From Lama glama (lineage: Eukaryota), in the NCBI GenBank assembly GCA_028534125.1, contig CM052838.1, positions 63,488,001-63,552,000 of the forward strand: a stretch of DNA of 64,000 nucleotides, given 5' to 3'. The position numbers and the translations under genes are program-made. The notes beneath the pieces are model-generated. The model was not told the DNA's origin, made no database searches, and saw nothing but the letters and a program-made list of their open reading frames with translations. Below, piece by piece: positions 36,150 to 49,187 of this stretch. Each line of letters opens with the position of its first letter. Positions within the stretch are counted from its first letter, which is position 1.

Positions 36150-37950
36150 TGGGCTGTTCCAATGTCTGAAATAGCCATCTGACCTTTAATCCAAAGCCAT
36201 AAATTTATCATTGTCTGAAATTGGTAGACTCTACCCTTCTTCTTAAGGCCAGTCTTCCGGATTTAGCATTCACAGAATATTTAGTCTCTCTTGAATGAAA
36301 AGAGACTTAAAATTCAATGGGGCTCCCTGGAAAATGGCAGAACAAAAAGGAATTAGCAGTTTGGAAGCCAGACCTGGTCCCCATCTAAATGAAATCACAA
36401 AGGCTAGAGAAACACAGAGCCTGGTGAGATCAAGTTAGTCTGTATTTCATAAAATGATAAATACCTAGAAGTCATGTTTATGTATAATGAATTACAATCC
36501 TTCCACATTTACCTTAGTAACATTTTGCAGGGCTTGTATTTTACTCCCAACTACCAATTATGTCATCACTCTGGCATTTACCTGGACATAATGATACACA
36601 GCCAGCCCATTCCTGTAACATAATTCATTGCTTTAAAGTGTTTGCAAAGCCACACGGCATTCTCCGTACACATAACGACTCGGATATTGCTATTAAAATT
36701 TTACAGATTAAAGTTTAGTAAACCTTCACAATCTTGTGTTGGTTTCTGGGTATCTTGTTAATCCTACAGGAAAAGATGTTCAGCTATTTAAATGTCAATA
36801 AACGCATAACCCTGTAAAAAGCAGACAGTGTATAACCCCTTCTACAGCGCCTCACCGACCACTTTCAGGAAGCGAGAGCTCCTTTTTTAACCGTTCAAGG
36901 CAGGTCATTGAGACCTTCATTTCGGCCACAATATTATGTCATCTATTAAAATATGAAAATACACATATAAAGCACGCACACACACTCCTTCACGCTCCAG
37001 TCCCCCGGACCTCAGTGTTTTCCTCTCCTTGACTCATTAAACTCAGCACAGAACTCACAACTGTACCCCTGGTTTGCATTTATTCATTTTAATTTAGGTT
37101 GGAGGGGGGGAAAAAAAAGAAGTNNNNNNNNNNNNNNNNNNNNNNNNNNNNNNNNNNNNNNNNNNNNNNNNNNNNNNNNNNNNNNNNNNNNNNNNNNNNN
37201 NNNNNNNNNNNNNNNNNNNNNNNNNNNNNNNNNNNNNNNNNNNNNNNNNNNNNNNNNNNNNNNNNNNNNNNNNNNNNNNNNNNNNNNNNNNNNNNNNNNN
37301 NNNNNNNNNNNAAATTAGGAACAGAGAGCGATCTGAATTGTGGACCTTTAGGAAGGAGAGGGTGGCCCCTCCAGCAAGCGAGCAAGCTTTATTTGTTGCC
37401 TCTGCAGTTAGGGGAGGCCGGCAGGGCCGCGGTACAAGAGGATAAAAATGTTCGCTGTTGAAACACAGTTTTTGGCTCCCAATAAATCATCTGTCACTTC
37501 ATCACAGCCCAGTAGATAATGAGCAATAAAGTTTTCACACTCAGGGAATGAGGACACAGACAGAAGAAATACAGCTGAAGCTGTAAGTCTGGCGTTTCTG
37601 CAAATGGAAGGTGCTTTGTATAAGAAATGACCCGAAGGGTTCCTCAAAGAACACAGCGTCAGGACAATAAACAATTTACTGCATTAAAAATTAAATCACA
37701 TTTATTAGGAACTTTAATGACAAAAGTCTGCTGAGGTCGATACATTAAATAAAGCACGATGCCGATCTAGAAATAGTTGGGTGCGCAAAATCAGCTAAAG
37801 CTTGCTGGCACAGGGTGGTCCGTACACGGAGCCACTATAATTTTTACTGGCATTATTTTAAATGTTTATGCACGTACATTATTCCCCATTTGGCATTTAA
37901 ATGGCACTAACGTATCTGTGATTCAAAAATAATTTTTATTCAGATGAGTT
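36150..37950. promoter_or_regulatory. Candidate conserved developmental enhancer cluster (homeodomain/PBX-HOX/MEIS motifs)
   Basis: AT-rich unique sequence with CCATAAA, CAATAAA, TAATCC, TAAACAAT and the composite CAATAAATCATCTGTCA at 37480-37496. Confidence 0.45.
37124..37310. other. Assembly gap (187 N)
   Basis: N-run. Confidence 1.
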
Positions 37951-39159
37951 TCAGTAGACTCTCCCCCAGCCCCCAAATAAAAAACTATAGGAAAGAAAAA
38001 GAAGTTTGGACTCCGACTTGGAAAATCAGATGCTAGTATATTCCACAGACGCATCCCCGGCATGTGCAGATACGCTGCAGAGGTTTCACCACAATTACCC
38101 CGAATTGTTTCTGACTTTTATTCACCCATCTCTGCAAACCTGCATGTGGGTGGGCTACCTTATAACTAAAACCAACTGGATAGAGAATAAACCAGGGAAT
38201 ATGGGGGGAAACGGGGGAGGGGTTTGGGGAGCAGACTCAGTGTCACACCAGTTGCCCTGAATAAAATGTTTCATAAAAAGTACACATTGAAACTGGCACC
38301 ATTGAATCTGGGGCGGTAAGATGACCCCAGCACCAAGAATCTCTCTCCTGCGCTGGTCGCCAGATGGTCGGTGAGTGCACCGAGGCTCCCGCCTCTGCTG
38401 GGCCGGCGCCAGCTTTGGATACCAGAAGGGGCAGAGCCAGCCTGCCTCTTGTTGCAGGGGCTCTGCCCTTGTTCTGATCGCTGAAGCGTGTGTGTGTGAG
38501 GACAGGGGCGCGTCAGGTCCTCTGGGGAGGTTCCCAGAGCCGTGCTTCCCAAGGCCAGATGAGGTGGCCTGGGAGGGATGCCCAGGGTTCCCTGCCTGGG
38601 TCCCACCTCAGAGCTCCTGAGACTCAGCTCCTTCTAGGGGAGCACCCTTGCCTCCCCAGTAGCCCAGGGGTGCCAAGCTGGGCCCCCCAAATGCCATTAT
38701 GAGCTCTGACTCCTAATTACTGCTTTTCAGAGCCCAGTCCTTGGACAGGTCACATCCCAACCCTTGTGGGAGAAGAAAAAGTAAATTACAGATGATAAAT
38801 CAAAATCAGAGTTGAAGCTCTTGCTTGGTTCCCGGGTTGGCTGCGAATGGTAGTGTGGGTGGACCTAGAGTAACAAAAGACACTGCTTTAAACTAGAGAG
38901 AGGAGTGAAATAGAAAAGGGTTATTATCCCCAACGTTTGCATCCTGCAGGGCGGGGCGGGTGGGAGGGCAGGGAGGTCCAGAAGCGGTGGGTGGGGGCAG
39001 CGGAGGGAACACCCCTCTTTCTCTGAGGTGGGCCCGGAAACATCCATGGATGACAGACACGTGAGAACACCATCCAGCCCTAAATCTAGACTCTCCTACC
39101 TGACTTCACAGCTATGCTACCCACCCATCCGATTATATCCTCTATCCAGTAGAACCTAC

Positions 39160-39840
39160 ACGTTTTAATTAATGCTGCTCGATCTCATTAACGTGTGTAA
39201 AAAAATAATCAAACAACAAATTGCAGCGATTTGCAGTTGAAAGACATTAACGAATACTGTGCGCAACAGAAAAAAACGGATGCTGTTATGTAAATAAATG
39301 CAAATACAGATCTCCTTACTGTATTTTGTGCCTAGTCTCTGAGAAAGACGAGTCACTTAAAATCCTTATTNNNNNNNNNNNNNNNNNNNNNNNNNNNNNN
39401 NNNNNNNNNNNNNNNNNNNNNNNNNNNNNNNNNNNNNNNNNNNNNNNNNNNNNNNNNNNNNNNNNNNNNNNNNNNNNNNNNNNNNNNNNNNNNNNNNNNN
39501 NNNNNNNNNNNNNNNNNNNNNNNNNNNNNNNNNNNNNNNNNNNNNNNNNNNNNNNNNNNNNNNNNNNNNNNNNNNNNNNNNNNNNNNNNNNNNNNNNNAA
39601 AAGGAGCTATGTTAAGTCATTAATTAGCAAAGATAAATACTCCGGGTGAAGATTGTAACAGTTGTACTTTTTTAGACCAGGAATGAATTATTTATTCCTA
39701 CCCCAGCCGCACCACAGAGTGCAAGGCAAGTTTGTTCAGCAACAATGGGAGAAATATATTTGCTACAGGGCCAGCCTGGTAACACTGCTTCTTTTACATG
39801 CGATTTGTAAGCAAATTTATATGAAAGTATGCAGTGGCTA
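39160..39840. promoter_or_regulatory. Candidate conserved non-coding element (interrupted by a gap)
   Basis: TTAATTAA (39165), TGTAAATA (39289), ATGCAAAT (39298), CATTAATTAG (39618), GGAATG (39680) and AACAATG (39741). AT-rich with retained CpGs and no repeat similarity that I can see. Confidence 0.45.
39371..39598. other. Assembly gap (228 N)
   Basis: N-run. Confidence 1.
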
Positions 39841-40243
39841 NNNNNNNNNNNNNNNNNNNNNNNNNNNNNNNNNNNNNNNNNNNNNNNNNNNNNNNNNNNN
39901 NNNNNNNNNNNNNNNNNNNNNNNNNNNNNNNNNNNNNNNNNNNNNNNNNNNNNNNNNNNNNNNNNNNNNNNNNNNNNNNNNNNNNNNNNNNNNNNNNNNN
40001 NNNNNNNNNNNNNNNNNNNNNNNNNNNNNNNNNNNNNNNNNNNNNNNNNNNNNNNNNNNNNNNNNNNNNNNNNNNNNNNNNNNNNNNNNNNNNNNNNNNN
40101 NNNNNNNNNNNNNNNNNNNNNNNNNNNNNNNNNNNNNNNNNNNNNNNNNNNNNNNNNNNNNNNNNNNNNNNNNNNNNNNNNNNNNNNNNNNNNNNNNNNN
40201 NNNNNNNNNNNNNNNNNNNNNNNNNNNNNNNNNNNNNNNNNNN
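39841..40243. other. Assembly gap (403 N)
   Basis: N-run. Confidence 1.
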
Positions 40244-41327
40244 CACAAGAACAAAAATAATAATAAAAAAACATTGCATGATTAAATATAGTTTTAATCC
40301 CCCAAAGATCAAAACGAAAATGATGTTTTTAATTATTTCACAAAAAAAGCATAAAATAAAAGTTTTTTAAAGAAAAAAGTAGGATGCAATTACCTATGAA
40401 GTAAGTTCTCCCAGTAATAAATATTTTGTGGATGTTTCTTAACAAGATTAAGTACACAATACGGACTTAGCATAAGGCGTGAAATTAACAACAGAATAAA
40501 AACTAAAATGGGTTGCAATTATTCAGCAGGAGGAGGCTGGATGGGGAAGCTGACCAGCTCTGAAACTTAAGAGCTACGTTCTCCACGTGCCTTGCTTACA
40601 GCCACTTAATGCAGTTAAAATGCTATTGAAAATATAGATTCCTGGGCCCAGGGCAGCCGATGCACCAGAGAGCCAGGCTGACCAGCCACCAGGTTCCAGG
40701 TGAGCCTTGAGACATCCCATTTGGTTTGCCCTAAAGGGACCCCCTCACGGAGAAGACCGGTGAGAAATGCTGCAGGACTCACAGTCTCACGACAGACTTC
40801 ATTTTCCTGGATGTTTGCTTTTTACGAACTCTAGAGCTGCGAAATAATTAAAACACGGCGCTCGCACTTCCGCATGCACGTGTTTGAAGAAAGCACATCG
40901 TTTCAGGACATCACTTCGCTGTGTCATCGTGTTTAAGCACAGGTGAGTGGGGCACAGGTGCAGAGGAAACACAGAGCCTCAAGCAGCTCGAGTTGACAGA
41001 GGAAGGCACTTGGCCTCTTGGAGCAGCAAGAAGCGTCAGCCCAGGAACCCGCAGCACGGGGGCAATCGTCCATCATGGAAACAGAAAACTGACAGCAGAG
41101 GGAAGTGAAGGGGGGTGAACTGTGGAGAGGACCACCCTATGGAGGTAGGTCTTAAAGGGCAAGTAGGATTTTTCAAAGGAGAGGGAGAGAATTCCGGCAG
41201 GCGTGGCGTATGGGGCAGCGAGGGTCCTGGCCCTCTGAGGAGGGCGGGAGGTCCCCCGAGGCTGGGACAGCAGGTGCCTGACCCCGCGAGGACTCGGTGC
41301 AGTGGGCAAGGCCAAGTTGGTAAGCTC

Positions 41328-41400
41328 CTTCCGTCCACGTGCAAAAATGTCTGTTCAGCACCTGCCACGTGCCAGGCACTGTGCTGAGGGCTGGGGTGTC
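41328..41400 (-). mobile_element. L2 3'-end remnant
   Basis: AAATGTCTGTTCAGCACCTGCCACGTGCCAGGCACTGTGCTGAGGGCTGGGG matches the reverse L2 terminus. Confidence 0.75.
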
Positions 41401-43797
41401 AGCCTCCTCCCTTCTGATATATTTCCTATAGATCTGGACAGACCTTAGCTGCCTTTCAAAGGAGTCTGGAAATAATGAGATTATTACCGACGGCGTGGAA
41501 AATGGCTGCATCTCATTACTCCCATCACATGGGGTGGGCTCTGATCTTGCGTCTGATCTTTGTCCGCAGCCTAACCCAGGAGAGGCACGACAAAGCCCAG
41601 AAACGCGGCCCTTGCGGCTGCCGGCCTCTGCTAGTCTTGGGGGCTCCTTGCTCCTAAACTGAGTTGTGACGTCCGGGGGCAGGATGACACTCTCCTCCAG
41701 AAGGGGCTCCGTGGAGGGAGAGAAGTCGCTCAGCCTGCATTCACTGCCCTTTAGGGTTTGTCTATGACAGAATCAGAGACTATTCCAAAGATTTAGGCAG
41801 GAACTCGAGATCCCCGGGGGGTTCTTTCCCGGGCAAGCCCGCCGCTCGCCTGGCCTTCTGTGGGAGGCGGGAGACGCCCTCCTGCTCGCTGGTCCCTCCA
41901 GGGCGTCTCTCCTCACTGGCCTGTGCCCTCCTGGGCCGCAGAAGCTGTGCGGTCCGCTGGACGTAGTAAGTGTTCACTAAATTTTTGCTACATTAAAGGT
42001 GCCCGTTCTCCAGAATTCACCCGAGAATCTAGATCGTGGGGATTTACGAACAAGCAAATAGAAGAAACCTTAACATCGCTCCCAGTCCTACCGTCTAGGG
42101 ACGTCCGTGTAAACCTTTTGGTTCCTTTCCTTCCTACCCTTCCCCAGGAGGACTCACACTCTTTAAATTAAACTTTGGATCAAACCACTCTGACTGTTTC
42201 ACTGCCTGCATTTTACACTAAATAATTTATACCAAATTGTTTTCCACAACGATTTTGAATGGTTGCCTGGTATTTCATGGTATGAATATACCGTGAAGAT
42301 ACAGCTTACTATGGCCTTTTTTTCCCATCACCAAAATACTGCAACAAATATCTCTAAAGCCAAGTCTTCATTAACATCCATAATTATTTCCATAGAATAA
42401 AACTTAGAGTGGAATTTAAAACACTGTGAAATCTTTAACCAGACAGACTGTATTATATATTTTACTTTTAACTATGCTCATTTTCCTACACACCACCACC
42501 ATCGGATATTATCATTAAAACATTTTTATAAGTAAAAATTTATATGTGTAGTTTTATAAGTAAAATTATTTCATTTTTATTTGCATTTCATTACTAGTCA
42601 GTTTTTTAAATTTATGCTTATTGGCCATTTATATTTCTTCTTTTATTTAATTACACTTTTAAATCTTCTGCATATTTTTCTTTCCATAATTTTATTTCTT
42701 AACTTAATATTTATTTGTGTTTTTTTTGTTAGTTTTTTAACCACAGAGCATGAGGCAGAAAAGTAAACTTGTTCATAATCTCTCTCCAGTAATGTCTGTT
42801 GATCTTTAAAAAATAGATGTATAAGGTGAGAAAATTCAAGAGTATGCCGCCTTTCTGTTCCCATGACAACCCCAGTTCCTCTCCTTAAATCTGGTCACTA
42901 AACATAGTATTCTTTGACTTCAATGACACACACCCTGCAGACATATCCTCACAGCACAAGTCACACAATTCTTTACCTTGCTTTCACATTTAGTAGCACA
43001 GATCAGAGATTTTCCCAAACAATCACAAACCACATCCTTTTTCCTGGCTACATAGCATCCCACCACACACATGTGCCATAATTTATATAACCAGACGCCC
43101 AGTGCTGGACACATTGATTGTCTTTATTTTGTTTTCATTATTGCAATAGCACCAGAATGAAAATACTTGTAGATGGGTAAGGGGTGTGAAGAGAGACAGA
43201 GAGAAAGAGACAGAGGAAGGCAGAAAGAGGACGAGGGAGACACACACACACACAGAGAAAGCACCTTTGGTGAGTATGGGGATAAATTCCTAACAGTGGG
43301 GGTTTCTGGTTTATATTTTCCTTAGTGATTTGAAGAGTTCTCTCTATATTAGAGCTGTTAACACTTGAAATGTAATATAAGTTGCAATTTTTTTCACAAT
43401 TCATTCGCATTATAATTTTTTTAAGTTGTAAGTACATTTTTACAAATTCAAACTCATTTATTTTCTCTTTCTTGGTTTCGGCATTTGATGCCACACATAC
43501 AGAAAGATCAGATAAACTTCAACCTAGATTTTTTTTCTGGTTCTAATGTAGATCCATTCCTTAAGCTTAAAATATTAATCTTTCCGGGACTGACTTTTAG
43601 TCTTCTTATTATAAAGCAGGGATCTAACTTTTCTTTTTCCATATGTTTAACTAGATGCCCAAACTATTTGCTGAATAATCTATCCTTTTCTTATGGCACT
43701 AAAATGCCATCTTTGTTACATGTAAATTATTTATGTCTCTTTCTGAAATTTCTTTTCTGTTCTATTGATCCATTTATCCTTGTACCAAGAACACATT

Positions 43798-43953
43798 NNN
43801 NNNNNNNNNNNNNNNNNNNNNNNNNNNNNNNNNNNNNNNNNNNNNNNNNNNNNNNNNNNNNNNNNNNNNNNNNNNNNNNNNNNNNNNNNNNNNNNNNNNN
43901 NNNNNNNNNNNNNNNNNNNNNNNNNNNNNNNNNNNNNNNNNNNNNNNNNNNNN
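43798..43953. other. Assembly gap (156 N)
   Basis: N-run. Confidence 1.
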
Positions 43954-44727
43954 GAATTGGATATTCATTGAATTTGTAGATGAATTAGGCGAAAGTTGAC
44001 ATCTGCAATACTAAATCTTCTCTTAAAGGAACATTATTCTTTATGTTCATTTCAGTTTTTTTTTCTGTCCCTTGGCAAAGTTCTATAATTTTTAATGCTT
44101 CTCCAGGACATTTTGTAGTTTTACTCAGACATTTTATATTTCTGTCTCTACTGCAAATAATATCTTTTGCCTGGAATATAGGTTTTCTATATTTTTGACT
44201 GTTTTGTATTAAATAAAGCTCTCCTAGTTTGCTTAAAATTAGGTTTTAGTTTAAATTGTTAAATATTAGCTAAAAACTAGCTAAAATTGTCTTAGTAGTT
44301 CTAATATGTTTTCAGTAGATTCCTTTAAGTTTTACAAATGGTTACATCACCTAGAAACAGTGCTAATTTCATCTCCGCCATTCCAGTAATTATGTGTCGA
44401 GTTTTTTATTTTAACCATTTTTTTAGACTTTTTTGGCAAAACTTACCAAATAGCCTTTTACGACAGACACCACGGGGATCATGCTGTGTCCTTCCTAACT
44501 GCCGGGGCCGTGATGCTGCGGAGGTCTGGAAGGCAAAGGCTGAGGACCTCGCTGATCATGACAGTATTTCCTTGTTAGAGACACCTCCCCTCCCCCCCAT
44601 TATCATTACTGAGAGCAAATGTTAAATTTTATCAAATAGCTTGTCTGCACCCGCAGGATGATCGTGTTTCCCCCCGTATCCTGCACGTGTGAGATTCGAA
44701 CGGATTTGTTTGTGATGATTCACTCTT

Positions 44728-44951
44728 TGTTTAGGTCTTTATTGACGTACAGTCAGTTGACCCCATTGTGTCAGTTTCTGGTGTACAGCATGATGTTTCA
44801 GTCGTACGTGCACATACATATAGTCACTTTCATTTTCTTTTTCTTCATAGGTTACTACAAGATACTGAATAGAGTTCCCTGTGCTCTACCACAGGGCCTT
44901 GCTGTTTATCTGTTTTATATATAGCTGTGTGTATCTGCAAATCTCCAACTC
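44728..44951 (-). mobile_element. 5'-truncated younger L1 with 10-bp TSD
   Basis: Same 3'UTR family as the copy at 20926 (TTGTGTCAGTTTCTGGTGTACAGCA...GGTTACTACAAGATACTG). TSD ATTCACTCTT (44718-44727) / GTTCACTCTT (44952-44961). Confidence 0.9.
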
Positions 44952-44984
44952 GTTCACTCTTGCATACACATGAATACTATGAGA

Positions 44985-45185
44985 TCACAGTGCATCATTC
45001 TCCAAAGTAAGAAAAATCTAGGTTCAAATCTCAGCTCTATTTCTTCTTGGTTATGTGGTCATGAGCAACTTACTCCAGTTCTCCAAGCCATCACAAACCC
45101 TCATCCTAGAAGGCTGTCGCTGAGGAAACGAGACCACAGAGCCCCGCACAGCACACACTCGACAACTAGGAGAATTCACCGCTGC
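44985..45185 (+). mobile_element. MIR
   Basis: CTAGGTTCAAATCTCAGCTCTATTTCTTCTTGGTTATGTGGTCATGAGCAACTTACT matches the MIR B-box and core. Confidence 0.7.
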
Positions 45186-47104
45186 CTCTGGACACCCTGT
45201 TCCTGTCAGTTTAGTAAGATTTCCTTCAGGACCTTCCCATCTATTTTCATAGGGAAACTTGTTCTACAGCTTTGTACGTCTTTATCACGCTTGTTTGTGT
45301 CAAGAATCCTCTAACTTTATAAAATCAATTGAAAAGATTTCTTTCTTTTTTATGCTCAGAAATAGTTTACACAGAATAGAAATGAATTGTAGCTTGGAAG
45401 GTGGATAGAGTGGAAATCAGGTTTGAAACCATTGGTTTACATCTTCGGTTGGCTGAGGATAAACAGTTTGGTTTGGTTTTGTTTTTAGCTTCACGTGGTG
45501 AAATGGCGCATTCAGGGCTTTCCGTCTCTTCTGCTAGAAACTCGTCATGTGACCAAGTTGACCAGGATATTATTTTATCATCTCTGCATCTAAGTGTGCA
45601 GATTCCCTCAACCCAACCCAGCATTTGCAAAGTGACTTTTTTATTTTGCTTTGATCACGCAAAATAAGCGTTTTCACTCTTTTCAAAGAATCAATGCTTG
45701 ATTGTATCTAGCAATCATATTATTTGATATTTTTGTTATGTTTTAATAATGGACTTCATCCTTATCCCTTCCTCGCCCCTGCTAGTCTCAGGTAAATGCA
45801 GCCATTTTTTTTGTCTTCTGGAGTAGAATGGTTTTTCTTTTTCCAGTTGTTGTTAATATTAGAAACGTTAACAGCTGTAAGTGTGCACGTGGGCACCGCT
45901 GTGGCCGTGCCTCCCCGAGGCTTCACACATCCTGTTCTCAGGTTATTCCACTAAACCATGAGTGAAGTGCGCTTCCTTCTTTGCCTGTTTTTATTAACTT
46001 GTCTTTTCCATACCCAGGAAAATATTTCTAATTTTCCTGTTTGTCATTAGAGTTTTTTCAACTATTATTCACTTCTAGTTGGATTGCATTATCATGTCAG
46101 CCTGCGTCCATGGTAAAGTATGCCTTTGGTGGAATACATTGGTGTTTTCTTTTGGAATATACTATATGCTTCTAAAACATTCTATGGATATTTTAAAATG
46201 ATGTGTAACATATCAAATTTTGTACCATGGGATACAAAGTTTCATATATATTTTATTATTAATAGTTTATGTACTGATTATATTATTGCAATTTCCTGTA
46301 TAGTGTTTTTTACCCAGTGTTAATGGAAAAGATGCTAAACTCCCCCGCTAATATTACAGTGTTGTTATTCATGCATGTCTAACAATATTCCCCTTCCATA
46401 TTTTAATGTGTCACTAATTAGCATCTCATATTTCTTGCTATTGTAATTTGTGGCCATTGAGTTGAACAAGGTCCCCCTAGGTGAGATCAAAAGATTAGTT
46501 TTTCTCTCCACCCGCACCCATAACTCTAAGGGCCGCGCTTTCTCTGGCAAGTCCCATCTCCTCTCCAGCATTCTTAGGCAAGACGACATTCCCTCCTCAC
46601 TTCTGGTGGCAAACATGGTCTTAGTTCAGAGCCACATCTGTCCAGTCGTCCGTCTGTAACAGGTTAGCCTCCTGGCATTATTTAAAGTTCAAGCCAGTCC
46701 CTCCCACAGCTCATGCCTGGCACAACTATGTATTGATTAAAGAACACACAAACCAACACAAATAGAAGAAAGATCTCATATCTTTTTCCAGGAAATACAG
46801 TGATGTCCAGAAAAAGAGGCCAGGCATCAGGAAAAAACAAAAGGTAGGAGTTCTGCTCAGGGAGGCCCCTCCACTGAGCAGCCAGAGGTGGGGAGGAGTG
46901 TCGGTGCCAGCCGACAATCGATCAGGTCCAGAAACCTGTGCTGCAGGACTGAGAAAAGGAAAGACGTAACAAAGAGACAGCAAGACAAGACAAGTTGGGG
47001 TTGAGAGGGTCTCACTCTAGCCCGCAAGACGCTAGGTCAAGAGTGGACATCGAGTTTATTTCAGGCAGTTAATTTATACAAATTCAAGTGACTACCTTGT
47101 GCAT

Positions 47105-47604
47105 NNNNNNNNNNNNNNNNNNNNNNNNNNNNNNNNNNNNNNNNNNNNNNNNNNNNNNNNNNNNNNNNNNNNNNNNNNNNNNNNNNNNNNNNNNNNNNNN
47201 NNNNNNNNNNNNNNNNNNNNNNNNNNNNNNNNNNNNNNNNNNNNNNNNNNNNNNNNNNNNNNNNNNNNNNNNNNNNNNNNNNNNNNNNNNNNNNNNNNNN
47301 NNNNNNNNNNNNNNNNNNNNNNNNNNNNNNNNNNNNNNNNNNNNNNNNNNNNNNNNNNNNNNNNNNNNNNNNNNNNNNNNNNNNNNNNNNNNNNNNNNNN
47401 NNNNNNNNNNNNNNNNNNNNNNNNNNNNNNNNNNNNNNNNNNNNNNNNNNNNNNNNNNNNNNNNNNNNNNNNNNNNNNNNNNNNNNNNNNNNNNNNNNNN
47501 NNNNNNNNNNNNNNNNNNNNNNNNNNNNNNNNNNNNNNNNNNNNNNNNNNNNNNNNNNNNNNNNNNNNNNNNNNNNNNNNNNNNNNNNNNNNNNNNNNNN
47601 NNNN
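47105..47604. other. Assembly gap (exactly 500 N) with 23-bp duplicated flanks
   Basis: ATTCAAGTGACTACCTTGTGCAT occurs at 47082-47104 and again at 47605-47627. Confidence 1.
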
Positions 47605-49187
47605 ATTCAAGTGACTACCTTGTGCATTCTTGCACGTAGGCACAGGTATTGTTTTTCAGGGTACATTAATGGTGTGCACTAAAATCATTATCATAGTTTA
47701 CTGTTCCATACACCAAGATTGACTGATCCCCAAAAGCTAAGATCATAGACTAAGATTATTGTTCCTTTAGGCTAACATCATAACTTTTAAACTAGCATCG
47801 TGATTCGTGTATAATTTTAACTCAGGTGATTGTTCTTTAAGTAAAGATCACTAACTTATGTGCCGATTGTATCTCTCTTTCCAAAAGTCTCTAGTGACTT
47901 AATGGCTCAGGATGTTCCTCAGGCACTTAGCGCACCTGGTGCATTCTTCAAAGGGGTGGTGGAACAGAGATTTGTTCTGACTCAATTGACCTTTGAGCCG
48001 GGCGCCCCGCACTGTGGGAGTTTAGGCCCAACCTTTGTGCTCGGCAGCCTCAATCTCAGAGCCTGGCGCCCTGCACTTTGGGGTTTTACGCCCAGTTTCT
48101 GTGCTCGGCAGCCCTCCGTCACGAGCGGCTCCCCGCAGCAGAGCCACAGGCCAGGACTGCTGGCCATCACTGTAGGAAGGCCCACGATAAACTTCATCCA
48201 AGCATCCTGATTCCATCAGACCAGAAGGAAAAGTATTTATTAGTTTATCTATAAATTCACTTTCAAAAAAACACCTCTTAGTAATCTACAGTCACAATCC
48301 AGCCATCCCAGGGCTGTTTCAGCAGAGCCCACATCTGTCTGAGCGATTGAACGGAAATTCTGGGGTGGCGCCCAGAGTCCAAGGCAACCCTTCCTACCTT
48401 CCTACCACCTGGTGGGAACCCTGCGCAAACACTGATGCTCTGGAGCCCTGAGGGCAGGCGGGGCAGAATCACCACCGTACGCGTGGAGGAACGGACATCC
48501 CCTCACATGGTCAGTAGAACAGACCCCACTGCAATGAGAGGTGAGACCCCCACTGAGCCGGACAGACCACGTGCCCCAGGAAAGCGGCATCGCAGGAGGC
48601 GGGGTCCCCTGAGGCTGCGCTGGGCGCCACGGCAGCGGGGAGAGGGAAGCCTGATTCTCCCTCGCCTGCTCCTCCAGCCTCCTGGTACTCCTCTGGCGGG
48701 TGAGTCAGAAAGCGCTACCCAAATCCCCGCACCCGGAAGAGCCTGCTGGGTCCGCGTCAAAGCCACTCACCCCCCGGCCTGCGCTGCTGCCCAGAGTGGG
48801 CGGGGACACAGGGCTCCCCTGCTCACGCGGAGTGTCCCAGCTGCCCCGCTTGACAGGCAGATCGGGGACCCACGCAGCAACAGAGCCTGCTTTTCAACTC
48901 AAGGCAAAATAAGTGAGGCCCGGCCATGAGATGTGCTCTAATCGCAGGGGCCGCAGCGCCACGCCCTGTGCAGGTCTCTCCCGGGTTCCCCCCACCCCCG
49001 ATGCAGAAGAGACGCAAGTGGAAGGAGGATTGGGGTTTTATCAGTCAGTGTCAACGGGAAGCGGGGACATGAGTTTAAAGTCATATCTTTTCTTACTCAT
49101 CACTTTATTTGCTGGTGTTTCTCATTGAGTAGCAGCAAACCATGCTCATTAATTGTCCCAGCTATGTTAAAAGTGCACCTCCTTTAG

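Larger units (their letters stand above)
42060..46420 (-). mobile_element. Heavily decayed ancient L1 (L1ME-like) with nested insertions
   Basis: T-rich reverse L1 ORF2/3'UTR phrases: TTGCATTTC...TTATTGGCCATTTATATTTCTTC, CATTGAATTTGTAGATGAATTAGG, AAATGTTAAATTTTATCAAATAGCTT. Probably several fragments. Confidence 0.7.

Noticed and set aside
19808-47643. ORFs of 60-213 aa containing X runs
   Set aside because: Artefacts of reading through N gaps.
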